Origin: a bacterium
Lineage (GTDB): Bacteria; UBA8248; JACPRG01; G963555815
Assembly (NCBI GenBank): GCA_965218795.1
Contig: OZ244653.1
Coordinates: 4,128,001 to 4,192,000, forward strand
Reading direction: 5' to 3'
DNA length: 64,000 nt
Shown here one piece after another: positions 26,841 through 36,117 of the stretch. The position numbers and the translations under genes were made by a program. The first letter of the stretch is position 1. Every line of letters begins with the position of its first letter. The notes beneath the pieces were generated by a model. It was not told the origin of the DNA and made no database searches. It was given only the letters and a program-made list of their open reading frames with translations.

Positions 26841-28322
26841 TTGACAACAGACGGGATGCCTGACGCCGTGAGCCTCTGCGGGCGAAGCCTCATCACCATT
26901 GACGATGTTTCCAATGCGGAAATTGAAGCGGTGCTCGACGCGGCGTCGGAGATGGATGCCGGTCTCCGGAAGCAAAGCGGCCGCCTGTCCGGTTCCATCC
27001 TGGCCAGCCTCTTTTTCGAACCCAGCACCCGTACCCGCCTCTCTTTCGAGACGGCCATGCTGCGCTTGGGGGGAAGGGTCGTCACCGCCACCGATGTGGA
27101 GGCTTCCTCCATCGCCAAGGGGGAGAGCCTGGCGGATACGGCCCGCGTCGTAAGCCAGTTCACAGACCTCCTCGTGGTCCGGCACCCTTGGGAAGGCTCG
27201 GCTCGGCTGATGGCCGCTTACAGCGCCGTCCCCGTCGTGAACGCCGGCGACGGCGGTCACGAGCACCCCACGCAAACCCTCCTCGACCTGTATACGCTCC
27301 GGAAGGAGAAGGGCCGCCTTTCGGGCCTCAACGTTGCCCTGTGCGGTGACCTCAAGAACGGCCGGACCATCCATTCCCTGGCGTACGCCTTGGCACGGTT
27401 CGGTTCCAACATCCTTTGCATGCCGGGGGAGGGGTTGGGACTGCCCGATTACGTGACCGACAAGCTCCAGAACGATTACGCCTGCTCGCCGGATGTCGCT
27501 CACCTCAGCCGAATCTCCAAACGCCGCCAGATCCAGTCGACCCTGGCGGATGCGGACGTCGTCGTCCTCACGCCCCACAAACCGCACCAGCTCTCGCTTT
27601 TTACCCAGGTGGCGGAGGACCTTCCCGAGATCGTGACGAACATCGACGCCATCTACGTCACCCGGGCTCAGAAGGAGCGGGTCCAGGCGGGTGCGCCGGC
27701 GCGCAGGGTGGAGAATGCCGCCGAACTCGAAACCGGCCCGGGTGAGAAGGCCGCGGCTCGGTATCCCGTGGTCGACCGATCCTTTCTGGAAGGACGGGCC
27801 TTCCGGGAGACCGTTGTGATGCACCCGTTGCCCCGGGTCGATGAGTTGTCCTATGAGGTGGATGAAGACCCGCGAAGCCGGTATTTCGAGCAGGCGGCGC
27901 GGGGTGTGCCCGTCCGCATGGCGCTGATCGGCTTTTTATTGGGCGCATGTCCGGAGCCGGTCGCCTCCGCCGGCCCGCCGAAGCCGGAAAGGAGCGCCCT
28001 CTGGCGCTACCGAAGCGCCGTCGGCGTCCGCTGCCCGAATGAAAACTGCGTCTCCCAGCGCGAAGGTCACTACGTGGTCCCGGAGTTCGATGTCATCGAG
28101 ATTTCCCCGCCGAGTCTTCAATGCGTTTACTGTAACCGCGATACCCGCCCCGCTTATGCCGGAAACCCCCGGTCGCGGCGCTACCGCCCCTTTGAACGAA
28201 TCGGCAGGACGAAGGTCGGGGAAGGCTGGGTGTTTTTCGCCTCGCGCGATGAGGCCGAGGAGACCGGCTATCGTCCCTCTTCGAGCTTGGGCGCCCTTCG
28301 GGAGCGCGCCGTGGAAGGCTGA
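26841..28322 (+). CDS. pyrB: Aspartate carbamoyltransferase catalytic chain fused to a PyrI Zn-binding domain and an Ada-like C-terminal domain
   Basis: FFEPSTRTRLSF, KGESLADT, NAGDGGHEHPTQTLLD, GDLKNGRT, YVTRAQKER, HPLPR; then CPNENC...CVYC; then YAGN..SRRY...FFASRDEAEETGYRP. Confidence 0.92.
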   Translation: MTTDGMPDAVSLCGRSLITIDDVSNAEIEAVLDAASEMDAGLRKQSGRLSGSILASLFFEPSTRTRLSFETAMLRLGGRVVTATDVEASSIAKGESLADTARVVSQFTDLLVVRHPWEGSARLMAAYSAVPVVNAGDGGHEHPTQTLLDLYTLRKEKGRLSGLNVALCGDLKNGRTIHSLAYALARFGSNILCMPGEGLGLPDYVTDKLQNDYACSPDVAHLSRISKRRQIQSTLADADVVVLTPHKPHQLSLFTQVAEDLPEIVTNIDAIYVTRAQKERVQAGAPARRVENAAELETGPGEKAAARYPVVDRSFLEGRAFRETVVMHPLPRVDELSYEVDEDPRSRYFEQAARGVPVRMALIGFLLGACPEPVASAGPPKPERSALWRYRSAVGVRCPNENCVSQREGHYVVPEFDVIEISPPSLQCVYCNRDTRPAYAGNPRSRRYRPFERIGRTKVGEGWVFFASRDEAEETGYRPSSSLGALRERAVEG

Positions 28323-28335
28323 CAGGGTCGGTCCG

Positions 28336-28842
28336 GTGCGCGGCTGGAAATTCCCCTTGGCCCGTTGGGCGATTTGGAACTTCTGCGCCTCCGGCGTTCT
28401 GTCCCTCCTCCTGATCCGACCCGGTCTCGGAGGTCCGACGTCGAATCCGACGTCGGGACCGAGGCTCCTTGCGGGCACGCCCGCGACCCGGGTCGGCCTC
28501 TCCGCCGAGGAAGCCTTCCGCCTTCGCCGCTCGGGCGTTTTCCTGACGGCCGAAGGTGAGGTCATCCGAGTTCTGAAGGACGATCGCCGGGGGATCCTGC
28601 ACCAGCGTTTTATCATTCGCCTGAACACGGGACACACCCTGCTTGTGGTTCACAATATCTCCGCGGCGCCCCGGGTCCCCGTCCGCCTGGGCGACAGGCT
28701 TCAGGTCCGGGGCGAGTATCGGTGGAACGACAAGGGCGGCCTGCTCCACTTCACCCATCGCGCCGTCGGAAGGACCCGCAGCAGACCCAACGTCGGGCTC
28801 GGCGGCTGGATCAGAACGAGCGACGGCAGCATCTATCGATAA
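28336..28842 (+). CDS. DUF3465-like protein
   Basis: GEVIRVLKDD...HQRFIIRL..GHTLLVVHNI..APRVP...GD....GEY.WN.KGGLLHFTH; start uncertain. Confidence 0.75.
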   Translation: MRGWKFPLARWAIWNFCASGVLSLLLIRPGLGGPTSNPTSGPRLLAGTPATRVGLSAEEAFRLRRSGVFLTAEGEVIRVLKDDRRGILHQRFIIRLNTGHTLLVVHNISAAPRVPVRLGDRLQVRGEYRWNDKGGLLHFTHRAVGRTRSRPNVGLGGWIRTSDGSIYR

Positions 28843-28858
28843 GTACCTCAGTGTCCCC

Positions 28859-29085
28859 CCATCCCCCCCTTCTTCTTCCGCCAAGTCATCTTTCAGGATC
28901 GAATATTGAGCCTTATAATACGAAAGCCAATCGAAATTCAAATCCCAACTGAGAGAGGAAATAGAAAACTTCTGGAGGGGCATTTTGAAAATTGCCCCTC
29001 CAGACCTCCCCCAAAAACTTTCATCTCGCGATGGAGGACCACCCATGTTCATGGGCAATCCTCCATCGCAACAGCTTTCCTCATG
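28859..29085. repeat. ~227-bp hairpin-containing element, copy 1
   Basis: Near-identical direct repeat of 29265-29491; contains two 11-bp-stem inverted repeats. Confidence 0.92.
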
Positions 29086-29264
29086 GTTTATGTTCGGCGT
29101 CTGTGGATCCCTTCCAAAGCCAAAAGCCAAATAAAAAGTCCAAGCTATTCCTTGAAAATTTGGCTTTGTTTGGTCCTTTTTTTAATGTTTCGGCCCTCAT
29201 TGGAACGCGGATTCACTCCCCCATTGAATATCAGTCACGCGCATTCCAACCCATCTCGATTCCA

Positions 29265-29491
29265 CCATCCCCCCCTTTTTCTTCCGCCAAGCCGTCTTTG
29301 AGGATCGAATATTGGCCCTTATTAAACGAAAGTCAATCGAAATTCAAATCCCAACTGAGAGAGGAAATAGAAAACTTCTGGAGGGACATTTTGAAAATTG
29401 TCCCTCCAGACCTCCCCCAAAAACTTTCATCTCGCGATGGAGGACCGCCCATGTTCATGGGCAATCCTCCATCGCAACAGCTTTCCCCATG
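29265..29491. repeat. ~227-bp hairpin-containing element, copy 2
   Basis: Direct repeat of 28859-29085 with a compensatory G:C to A:T change in the first stem. Confidence 0.92.
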
Positions 29492-29646
29492 TTCATGTTC
29501 CACGCCGGCAGCCCCGTGGTCAGCGGACCCGTCCACACCACGGTCAGGCCGGGCGAATGCTTGGCCGGGCAGGGCGGCCATTGAAGGGCGGGTTCGAACG
29601 TAGGGGTCTTCTTGCAATTCCGGTTTCGATGGGCCTTCGGCCCCGC

Positions 29647-29757
29647 CTGGATTCCTGTTGCAGCCTGCCCTCGAATGTCTTAGTCGAGGGCAGGAATGAC
29701 AGGCTGTCGTGCGCGGGCCTCGTTCGTCATTCCTGCGCAAGCAGGAATCCACTTCCC
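29647..29757. repeat. Inverted REP pair (BIME-like), left flank of the Xre/DUF4258 module
   Basis: CTGGATTCCTG...CAGGAATGAC-AGGCTGTCGTGCGCGGGCCTCGTTC-GTCATTCCTGCGCAAGCAGGAATCCAC; the first REP carries an inserted hairpin. Confidence 0.85.
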
Positions 29758-29815
29758 ATCCCTCCTAATCAAGTATGGTGTCCCCGGAATCTTTCCCTCG
29801 TCGATATCGGGATCA

Positions 29816-30130
29816 TTACGCGGCCCTTTCTCGGCCTCTGCGAAGCGTTCGCCGCTGATCCGCAGTGCAAGATGGATAGCAGGTGACCACCGTGCCGCCT
29901 TCCACGACGACCTTGAGGTTCTTTTTCTGCAGGCGCTCAAACTGTTGGATCCTGTGCTTCAGAGCGGCAATCTCGCGGTCCGCGTCGGCGCGCGTCATGA
30001 GCCAGGCGTCGGGAGCGATCTGAGTCCCGAAGAGCAGGATCAGCCCGATGTCCTCTCGTCGGACCCCCCGCTGGCTCATGCGGGTCTCGGCGTGGCGGGT
30101 GAGGATGAGAGTGAAATTCGACTCAGGCAT
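29816..30130 (-). CDS. DUF4258-like small protein (RelE-type fold, putative toxin)
   Basis: LTRHAETRMSQRGV motif and C-terminal KVVVEGGTVVTCY; start overlaps the upstream Xre gene (ATGCCTGA). Confidence 0.7.
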   Translation of the reverse strand: MPESNFTLILTRHAETRMSQRGVRREDIGLILLFGTQIAPDAWLMTRADADREIAALKHRIQQFERLQKKNLKVVVEGGTVVTCYPSCTADQRRTLRRGRERAA

Positions 30131-31064
30131 CTTCAGTTCCTCCTTCGCTTGGCGACTCTTTGGTTATTAAGAAGGATGAAATATCTATTGAAGCCCATTC
30201 GGCCCAGTCGTCGTCCGGGACTTGCGCTTCCAGCCATTTCACGCGCTCGGAGACGACGCGTTCGTCTTCTTCGTCTTCGCCGCGAAGTTGCTTCGGGATT
30301 TGGCCGAGGCGAACGTACCCGCAGGAAAGAGCGTAGTCGGCGCGAGAGGACCCGCCCGTAAGGTTTTTCAGGAATGCTTTGAAAAGGCTGAAACTGGGTA
30401 AATCGTCGAAATTGCCGAGGTTACAGATGTCTTCATGATTGATCGCGTCATTGTCGGGACCCAAACCCTTCGCCAGTTGGATAAGGAAGTCGGAGAAGGG
30501 GTTTCGGCCTTGATAAGAGGAATTCCACTCGTCATTTTCGAGGCGACAGAATAGGTCGCGCTCAGCGATAGATTTTTCATCGTCGCTGTACGACCATGCA
30601 CACCCAGTAAGATGTTCAGGGAGGGCTTGGTTGAAGGCATCCAAAGCCTTCTCCGCTTCTTCGAGACAGCGGCGCCGGTCAGCGAGGCTCATCTCAGCTA
30701 ACAGGGTAAAAAGCATCGGCGCCGCATCGATGATCTGCCTCATGTCAACGCCGTAGCGGTCCGACACCAAATCGTAGGCGAGAATCGTTTCGCCATAGAA
30801 GGGAAGCCTGACCATTCGCAAGCCGTGCTTTCGCAGGTCTGCCTCCCGCACCGCTTCGGATTCGGGCTCCTGGGCCAGAACCTGGGGCTCGACATCCAAG
30901 GCGGAGGCGATCTCCTTCACCGTGGATCCGCGCGGTTCTCCTCCTTTTCCTCCTTCGATGCGGGCAACCGTCTTCTTGTCGATGCGCGCTTTATCCGCCA
31001 GTCCCTGCTGGCTCAATCCATTCCTCTTGCGCAGCTTTCGCAGCGTTTCCGGCAATATCTTCAT
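30123..31064 (-). CDS. Xre-family HTH protein with a large acidic C-terminal domain of unknown function
   Basis: LRKLRKRNGLSQQGLADKARIDKKTVARIEGG; ATG 31064 with GGAGG RBS; lower GC than the flanks. Confidence 0.82.
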   Translation of the reverse strand: MKILPETLRKLRKRNGLSQQGLADKARIDKKTVARIEGGKGGEPRGSTVKEIASALDVEPQVLAQEPESEAVREADLRKHGLRMVRLPFYGETILAYDLVSDRYGVDMRQIIDAAPMLFTLLAEMSLADRRRCLEEAEKALDAFNQALPEHLTGCAWSYSDDEKSIAERDLFCRLENDEWNSSYQGRNPFSDFLIQLAKGLGPDNDAINHEDICNLGNFDDLPSFSLFKAFLKNLTGGSSRADYALSCGYVRLGQIPKQLRGEDEEDERVVSERVKWLEAQVPDDDWAEWASIDISSFLITKESPSEGGTEDA

Positions 31065-31132
31065 TGTGATAACCTCCATGATGAAATAAATATGCACCCA
31101 TTTTTTAGAACCATAAAGGACAATTTCAGTGT

Positions 31133-31159
31133 AAAATACTCAAGATATCGGAGTATTTT
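31133..31159. promoter_or_regulatory. Operator-like inverted repeat upstream of the Xre gene
   Basis: AAAATACTC-N9-GAGTATTTT in an AT-rich upstream region. Confidence 0.45.
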
Positions 31160-31380
31160 TATCATTATCGGTGATACAATGTCCCTAAAATGGGTATTTT
31201 CAGGGCGGAGTCTGGCTGATACCGTTAAAAAAACGCGCTATTATTGCGACCGGAGATGACTGCTGGATTCAGGTTTGCACGGATTCCCGCATCGATTATC
31301 GAGGCTGAACCGGCGGCGCTTCAGTGACGATTTTTGCAGACGCTCACGGAAGTTGCGACTTTTCCTTTCATCTCTCCTTT

Positions 31381-31466
31381 CTGGATTCCTGCTTGCGCAG
31401 GAATGACAGGCTGTTGTACGCGGGGCCTCGTTCGTCATTCCCGCGCAAGCGGGAATCCACTCCCCC
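31381..31466. repeat. Inverted REP pair (BIME-like), right flank of the Xre/DUF4258 module
   Basis: CTGGATTCCTGCTTGCGCAGGAATGAC-AGGCTGTTGTACGCGGGGCCTCGTTC-GTCATTCCCGCGCAAGCGGGAATCCAC; direct repeat of 29647-29757. Confidence 0.88.
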
Positions 31467-31654
31467 CTTCTGATCCAACTCCGCCTGAATGCGGGGGCCT
31501 GAAATCAGGCGACAACCAGCCGGATGAACCGTCCGTGCTACAATAATGGGTCCCGCATGGATTCTTTATCGGGCCTGTCCTGAACATCTCGGGAGAGGGC
31601 GGTTCTGCGGACCCACCGGGGGAATCCGCATTTTCCACTGATCGGCGGCTTTTG

Positions 31655-31900
31655 ATGCGCTTTCTTCTCTATCTCGCCATTGCCTACGTACTCTGGGTCG
31701 CCTTGAGCGCCATTCTCAAGGCCGTCGCCGCGGGGCGGTCCAGGGCCAAAAAACTTTCGGGTGAAGACCTCGTTCCCTGCGCAAATTGCAGGACGTACGT
31801 TCCTCGTTCCACCGCTGTCCGACGCAAGGGCCGGGATTTTTGCGGGGTGGATTGCGCCTCCAGGTTCAAGGCTGAATCGGCTGGGTCTGGACAGGGTTGA
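31655..31900 (+). CDS. Small membrane-anchored zinc-finger protein (PP0621-like)
   Basis: N-terminal TM helix, then LVPCANCRTYVPRS...FCGVDC. Confidence 0.75.
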   Translation: MRFLLYLAIAYVLWVALSAILKAVAAGRSRAKKLSGEDLVPCANCRTYVPRSTAVRRKGRDFCGVDCASRFKAESAGSGQG

Positions 31901-32008
31901 AGGGGAATTCTATATAGGGTGAAAACGTTTCCTGTTTTGAGCGGAGCTTGATCGTTCCTTCGTGTTGGAAGCTCGATAGGGCCGGCAGGCGATGGGGGAT
32001 TCGGAAAG

Positions 32009-34690
32009 TTGACGGACGGCGCAGGTCAGGAACCGGACGCGGGAAAACTCGATTCAGCCGAGCTTCACGACTGGCTGGAATCTTTGAACTACGTTCTTCA
32101 AAACGGGGGACCGGAGCCCGTCAAGCACCTCCTCAGCGAGCTCTACCTTCACGCCTATGAGCGCGGCGTCCGGCTTCCCTTCTCCGCCAATACCCCTTAC
32201 ATCAATACCATCCCCTTGGAAGAACAGCCGCCGTTTCCCGGGAACCGAGAGCTCGAGCGCCGCATCAAGAGCCTCATCCGGTGGAACGCGATGGCCATGG
32301 TCGTCCGCGCCAATCGACACGAAGACGGCATCGGCGGACATATCTCGACGTATGCCTCCTGCGCAACCTTGCTGGAAGTCGGCTTCAACCATTTCTTCAG
32401 GGGGAAGGGCGTAAATCACGACGGCGATCAGGTCTTCTTTCAGGGCCATGCTTCGCCGGGCGTCTACGCTCGCGCCTTCCTCGAAGGCCGGCTGTCCATG
32501 CAGGAGTTGGAGAACTTCCGGCGCGAGCTCAAGCCCGAGGGCGGCCTGTCTTCCTATCCGCACCCTCGTCTGATGCCCGGATTCTGGGAATTCCCCACCG
32601 TATCCATGGGTCTTGCGCCCATCAGCGCCATCTATCAGGCCCGGTTCAACCGTTATCTGGAAGACCGGGGCCTCAAGGAGGATACCGGCTCCAAGGTCTG
32701 GGCCTTCCTGGGCGACGGCGAGATGGACGAGCCCGAGGCCCTGGGCGCCATCTCCCTGGCCGCCCGCGCGAGGCTCGACAACCTCATCTTCGTCATCAAC
32801 TGCAACCTCCAGCGGCTCGACGGTCCGGTCCGCGGCAACGGCAAGATCATCCAGGAGCTGGAGAGGGCTTTCCGGGGAACCGGCTGGAACGTCATCAAGG
32901 TCCTTTGGGGCGACGACTGGGACCCCCTCTTCGGCAAGGACCAGGACGGCCTGCTGGCCAGGCGGCTGGAAGAAGTCGTCGACGGCTGGTCGCAGAACTA
33001 CACGGTCAAGGACGGCGCCTTCATTCGTCAGCATCTCTTCGGCGCGGATGAGCGCCTGCTCGACATGGTGAAAGACCTGTCGGACGAGGAGATCCGAAGG
33101 ATGCGCCGCGGGGGACACGACCCCGAGAAGGTCTATGCCGCCTATCGAGCGGCGGTCGAGCACACGGGTTCGCCCACCGTCATCCTGGCGCGCACAATCA
33201 AGGGCTACGGTCTCGGCGAGAGCGGTGAAGGGAAGAACATCACGCATCAGCAGAAGAAGATGAACGAGAGCGAGCTTCGCGAATTTCGCGCGCGGTTCGC
33301 CATCCCTATCTCCGACAGCGAGTTCGGGGATGCGCCCTTCTACCGTCCGCCCGACGACAGTCCCGAAATCCTGTACCTGAAGGAAAGACGGGAGAAACTG
33401 GGCGGGTTCGTGCCGTCGCGGGTCGTCCAGTGCGGGCCGATCGAGCCGCCGGCCGAGGCGGTGTTCGACGAGTTCTACGAGGGCACCGCGGGCCGCGGCG
33501 TGGCAACGACCATGGCCTTCGTCCGGATCCTGTCGAAACTTTTGAAGGACCCGGAGCTCGGGAAGCTCATCGTCCCCATCGTCCCCGATGAGGCCCGGAC
33601 CTTCGGCATGGAATCGCTGTTCCGCCAGGTGGGGATCTATTCCCACGTCGGCCAGCGCTACGAGCCCGTGGACGCCGACAGCCTGCTCTACTACAAGGAG
33701 GCGACCGACGGCCAGATCCTGGAAGAAGGGATCACCGAAGCCGGTTCCATGGCCTCCTTCATCGCGGCGGGAACGGCCTACGCCACCCACGGCGTCAACA
33801 CCATCCCCTTCTACATCTACTACTCCATGTTCGGCTTCCAGCGGATCGGAGACCTGATCTGGGCGGCCGCCGATATGGGATGCCGGGGCTTCCTGGTGGG
33901 CGGCACCGCGGGCCGGACCACCCTAGCCGGCGAGGGGCTCCAGCACCAGGACGGCCACAGCCATCTCCTGGCCTATTCCGTCCCGAACTTGTGCGCCTAC
34001 GATGTGGCCTGCGCTTACGAGCTGGCCGTCATCATCCGGGACGGCATCCGGCGCATGTACCACGACCAGGAGGAAATCTTCTACTACCTGACCGTGGAGA
34101 ACGAGGCCTATCCCATGCCGGCCATGCCGGGCGACGTGCGGGAGGGCATCCTGAAGGGGATGTACAAGTTCAGCGCCTCGGGAAACGACAAGGCGAAACA
34201 TCGGGCCCAGCTCTTCGGATCGGGAGCCATTCTGAACGAGGTGAGCAAGGCCCAGCGCATCCTGGAAGAACAATACGATGTGGCGGCCGACGTATGGAGC
34301 GTGACCAGCTACAAGGAGCTTCGGCGGGACGCGATGAACGCCGAGCGGTGGAATCTGCTCCATCCGGGCGAAACGCCGCGTGTGCCGTTTGTCACGGAGG
34401 TTCTCCGGGAGGAGCCGGGAGTTTTCGTCGCCGCCTCGGATTACGTCAAGACGCTTCCGGATTCCATCGCCCGCTGGGCGCCGCGGCCTATCCACTCTCT
34501 CGGCACCGACGGATTCGGACTCAGCGAGAGCCGGGCTTCCCTGCGCGACCACTTTGAAGTAGACGCCCGGTACATCACGCTGGCTGCCCTCAACGGGCTC
34601 ATGCAGGAAGGCGAGGTAGAGCCATCGGTCGTCCAGAAGGCCATCCGGGACCTGGATATCTCCACGGACAAACGGAATCCGATGGTGTAG
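32009..34690 (+). CDS. aceE: Pyruvate dehydrogenase E1, homodimeric type
   Basis: GGHISTYAS, FQGHASPG, GDGEMDE..N, NCNLQRLDGPVRGNG, PDEARTFG, GEGLQHQDGH. Confidence 0.97.
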   Translation: MTDGAGQEPDAGKLDSAELHDWLESLNYVLQNGGPEPVKHLLSELYLHAYERGVRLPFSANTPYINTIPLEEQPPFPGNRELERRIKSLIRWNAMAMVVRANRHEDGIGGHISTYASCATLLEVGFNHFFRGKGVNHDGDQVFFQGHASPGVYARAFLEGRLSMQELENFRRELKPEGGLSSYPHPRLMPGFWEFPTVSMGLAPISAIYQARFNRYLEDRGLKEDTGSKVWAFLGDGEMDEPEALGAISLAARARLDNLIFVINCNLQRLDGPVRGNGKIIQELERAFRGTGWNVIKVLWGDDWDPLFGKDQDGLLARRLEEVVDGWSQNYTVKDGAFIRQHLFGADERLLDMVKDLSDEEIRRMRRGGHDPEKVYAAYRAAVEHTGSPTVILARTIKGYGLGESGEGKNITHQQKKMNESELREFRARFAIPISDSEFGDAPFYRPPDDSPEILYLKERREKLGGFVPSRVVQCGPIEPPAEAVFDEFYEGTAGRGVATTMAFVRILSKLLKDPELGKLIVPIVPDEARTFGMESLFRQVGIYSHVGQRYEPVDADSLLYYKEATDGQILEEGITEAGSMASFIAAGTAYATHGVNTIPFYIYYSMFGFQRIGDLIWAAADMGCRGFLVGGTAGRTTLAGEGLQHQDGHSHLLAYSVPNLCAYDVACAYELAVIIRDGIRRMYHDQEEIFYYLTVENEAYPMPAMPGDVREGILKGMYKFSASGNDKAKHRAQLFGSGAILNEVSKAQRILEEQYDVAADVWSVTSYKELRRDAMNAERWNLLHPGETPRVPFVTEVLREEPGVFVAASDYVKTLPDSIARWAPRPIHSLGTDGFGLSESRASLRDHFEVDARYITLAALNGLMQEGEVEPSVVQKAIRDLDISTDKRNPMV

Positions 34691-34872
34691 CCGGCCTGTC
34701 CGGGGGATAACAGGGACGCTGAAGGGACGGTCGTTCGCCAATGTGCGTCCATGCGCCGGGATTCGACGTTCTTGGAGACCTCCGGTCAGGCGGCGAATTC
34801 AATTTCGAGCGAGAATGGCATACAATGAACGGGATATCCCACTTCATTTGAGACGAAGACTCCATAAACGCT

Positions 34873-36111
34873 ATGGTGACTGAATTCAAGCTGCCGGCGC
34901 TCGGCGAAAACATCGAATCCGGCGACATCATCAAGGTCCTCGTTTCTCCCGGCGACAAGGTCGATAAAGACCAGGCAGTCCTCGAACTCGAGACCGACAA
35001 GGCCGCCATCGAGGTGCCTTCGAGCGTGGCGGGCGTCGTGAGCGCCGTTCACGTCAAAAAAGGCGAGAAGGCCTCGGTGGGGCAGGTGATCTTTTCCGTC
35101 GAGCCCGGCGGCGCCGGCGCGGAGTCCCCTCCCGAGCCCTTGGAGGAAGAACCCCCGCCCAAAGTGGAAGAGCCGGTCCCCGAGCCGCAACCGCCGCCGA
35201 AAGCGGAACCCGCCCCCGCGGACAGGCCCTCGGCTCCGGCGACGCCGTCCGTGCGCCGCCTGGCGCGGGAGATCGGCGTCGACCTGGGCGGCGTAAGAGG
35301 GACCGGCAAGGCCGGGCGCATCACGGCCGACGACGTCAAGGCGCACGCGAAATCCATTCTCCAGGGCGGAGGTCCCGGCGCGGCGCCGCTGCCGGACTTC
35401 AGCAAGTGGGGACCCATCGAGCGCAAGCCCATGACGAACGTCCGGCGGGCCACGGCGGAGCACGTCTCCCGCGCCTGGACGACGAGCCCCCACGTGACCC
35501 AGTGCGACAAGGCCGACATCACCGAGCTGGACAAGCTCCGCAAGCGTTACGGCAAGAAGGCCGAGGCGGCCGGCGGCAAGATGACCGTCACGGCCATCCT
35601 GTTGAAGCTGCTCGCCTCCGCGCTGAAGGTGTTTCCCGAATTCAACGCCAGTGTTGACGCGGCCGCGGCCGAAATTGTGTACAAGCAGTATTTTCATATC
35701 GGCGTCGCCGTGGATACCGAGCGGGGTCTGCTTGTCCCGGTCATCCGTGACGTCGACCGGAAGAATATCATCGAGCTCTCCGCCGAGCTCGGCGGGATGT
35801 CCGCGAAGGCGCGCGATGGCAAGCTTTCCCTGGACGAGATGCAGGGCGGCTCGATGACCATCACCAACCTGGGCGGGATCGGCGGGACGTATTTCACGCC
35901 CATCATCAACTACCCTGAGGTCGCTATCCTGGGCGTCGCCCGGGGGGCCGTCGAGCCGGTCTATGTGGATGGGGCGTTCCAGCCGCGCACGATGCTTCCG
36001 CTCTCGCTCTCCTATGACCACCGGGTGATCGACGGGGCCGGCGCCGCCCGGTTCCTTCGGTGGCTGGCCGAGGCGATCGAGAACCCATTCCTGATCACCC
36101 TGGAAGGCTGA
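34873..36111 (+). CDS. aceF: Dihydrolipoyl acetyltransferase E2 (one lipoyl domain)
   Basis: ETDKA lipoyl motif, ATPSVRRLARE, DHRVIDG. Confidence 0.95.
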   Translation: MVTEFKLPALGENIESGDIIKVLVSPGDKVDKDQAVLELETDKAAIEVPSSVAGVVSAVHVKKGEKASVGQVIFSVEPGGAGAESPPEPLEEEPPPKVEEPVPEPQPPPKAEPAPADRPSAPATPSVRRLAREIGVDLGGVRGTGKAGRITADDVKAHAKSILQGGGPGAAPLPDFSKWGPIERKPMTNVRRATAEHVSRAWTTSPHVTQCDKADITELDKLRKRYGKKAEAAGGKMTVTAILLKLLASALKVFPEFNASVDAAAAEIVYKQYFHIGVAVDTERGLLVPVIRDVDRKNIIELSAELGGMSAKARDGKLSLDEMQGGSMTITNLGGIGGTYFTPIINYPEVAILGVARGAVEPVYVDGAFQPRTMLPLSLSYDHRVIDGAGAARFLRWLAEAIENPFLITLEG

Positions 36112-36117
36112 TCCCCC

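Noticed and set aside
28906-29886. Several ORFs over the duplicated element and REPs
   Set aside because: Translations of palindromic repeats (e.g. VIPAQAGI, MDSCLRRND) with no protein-like features
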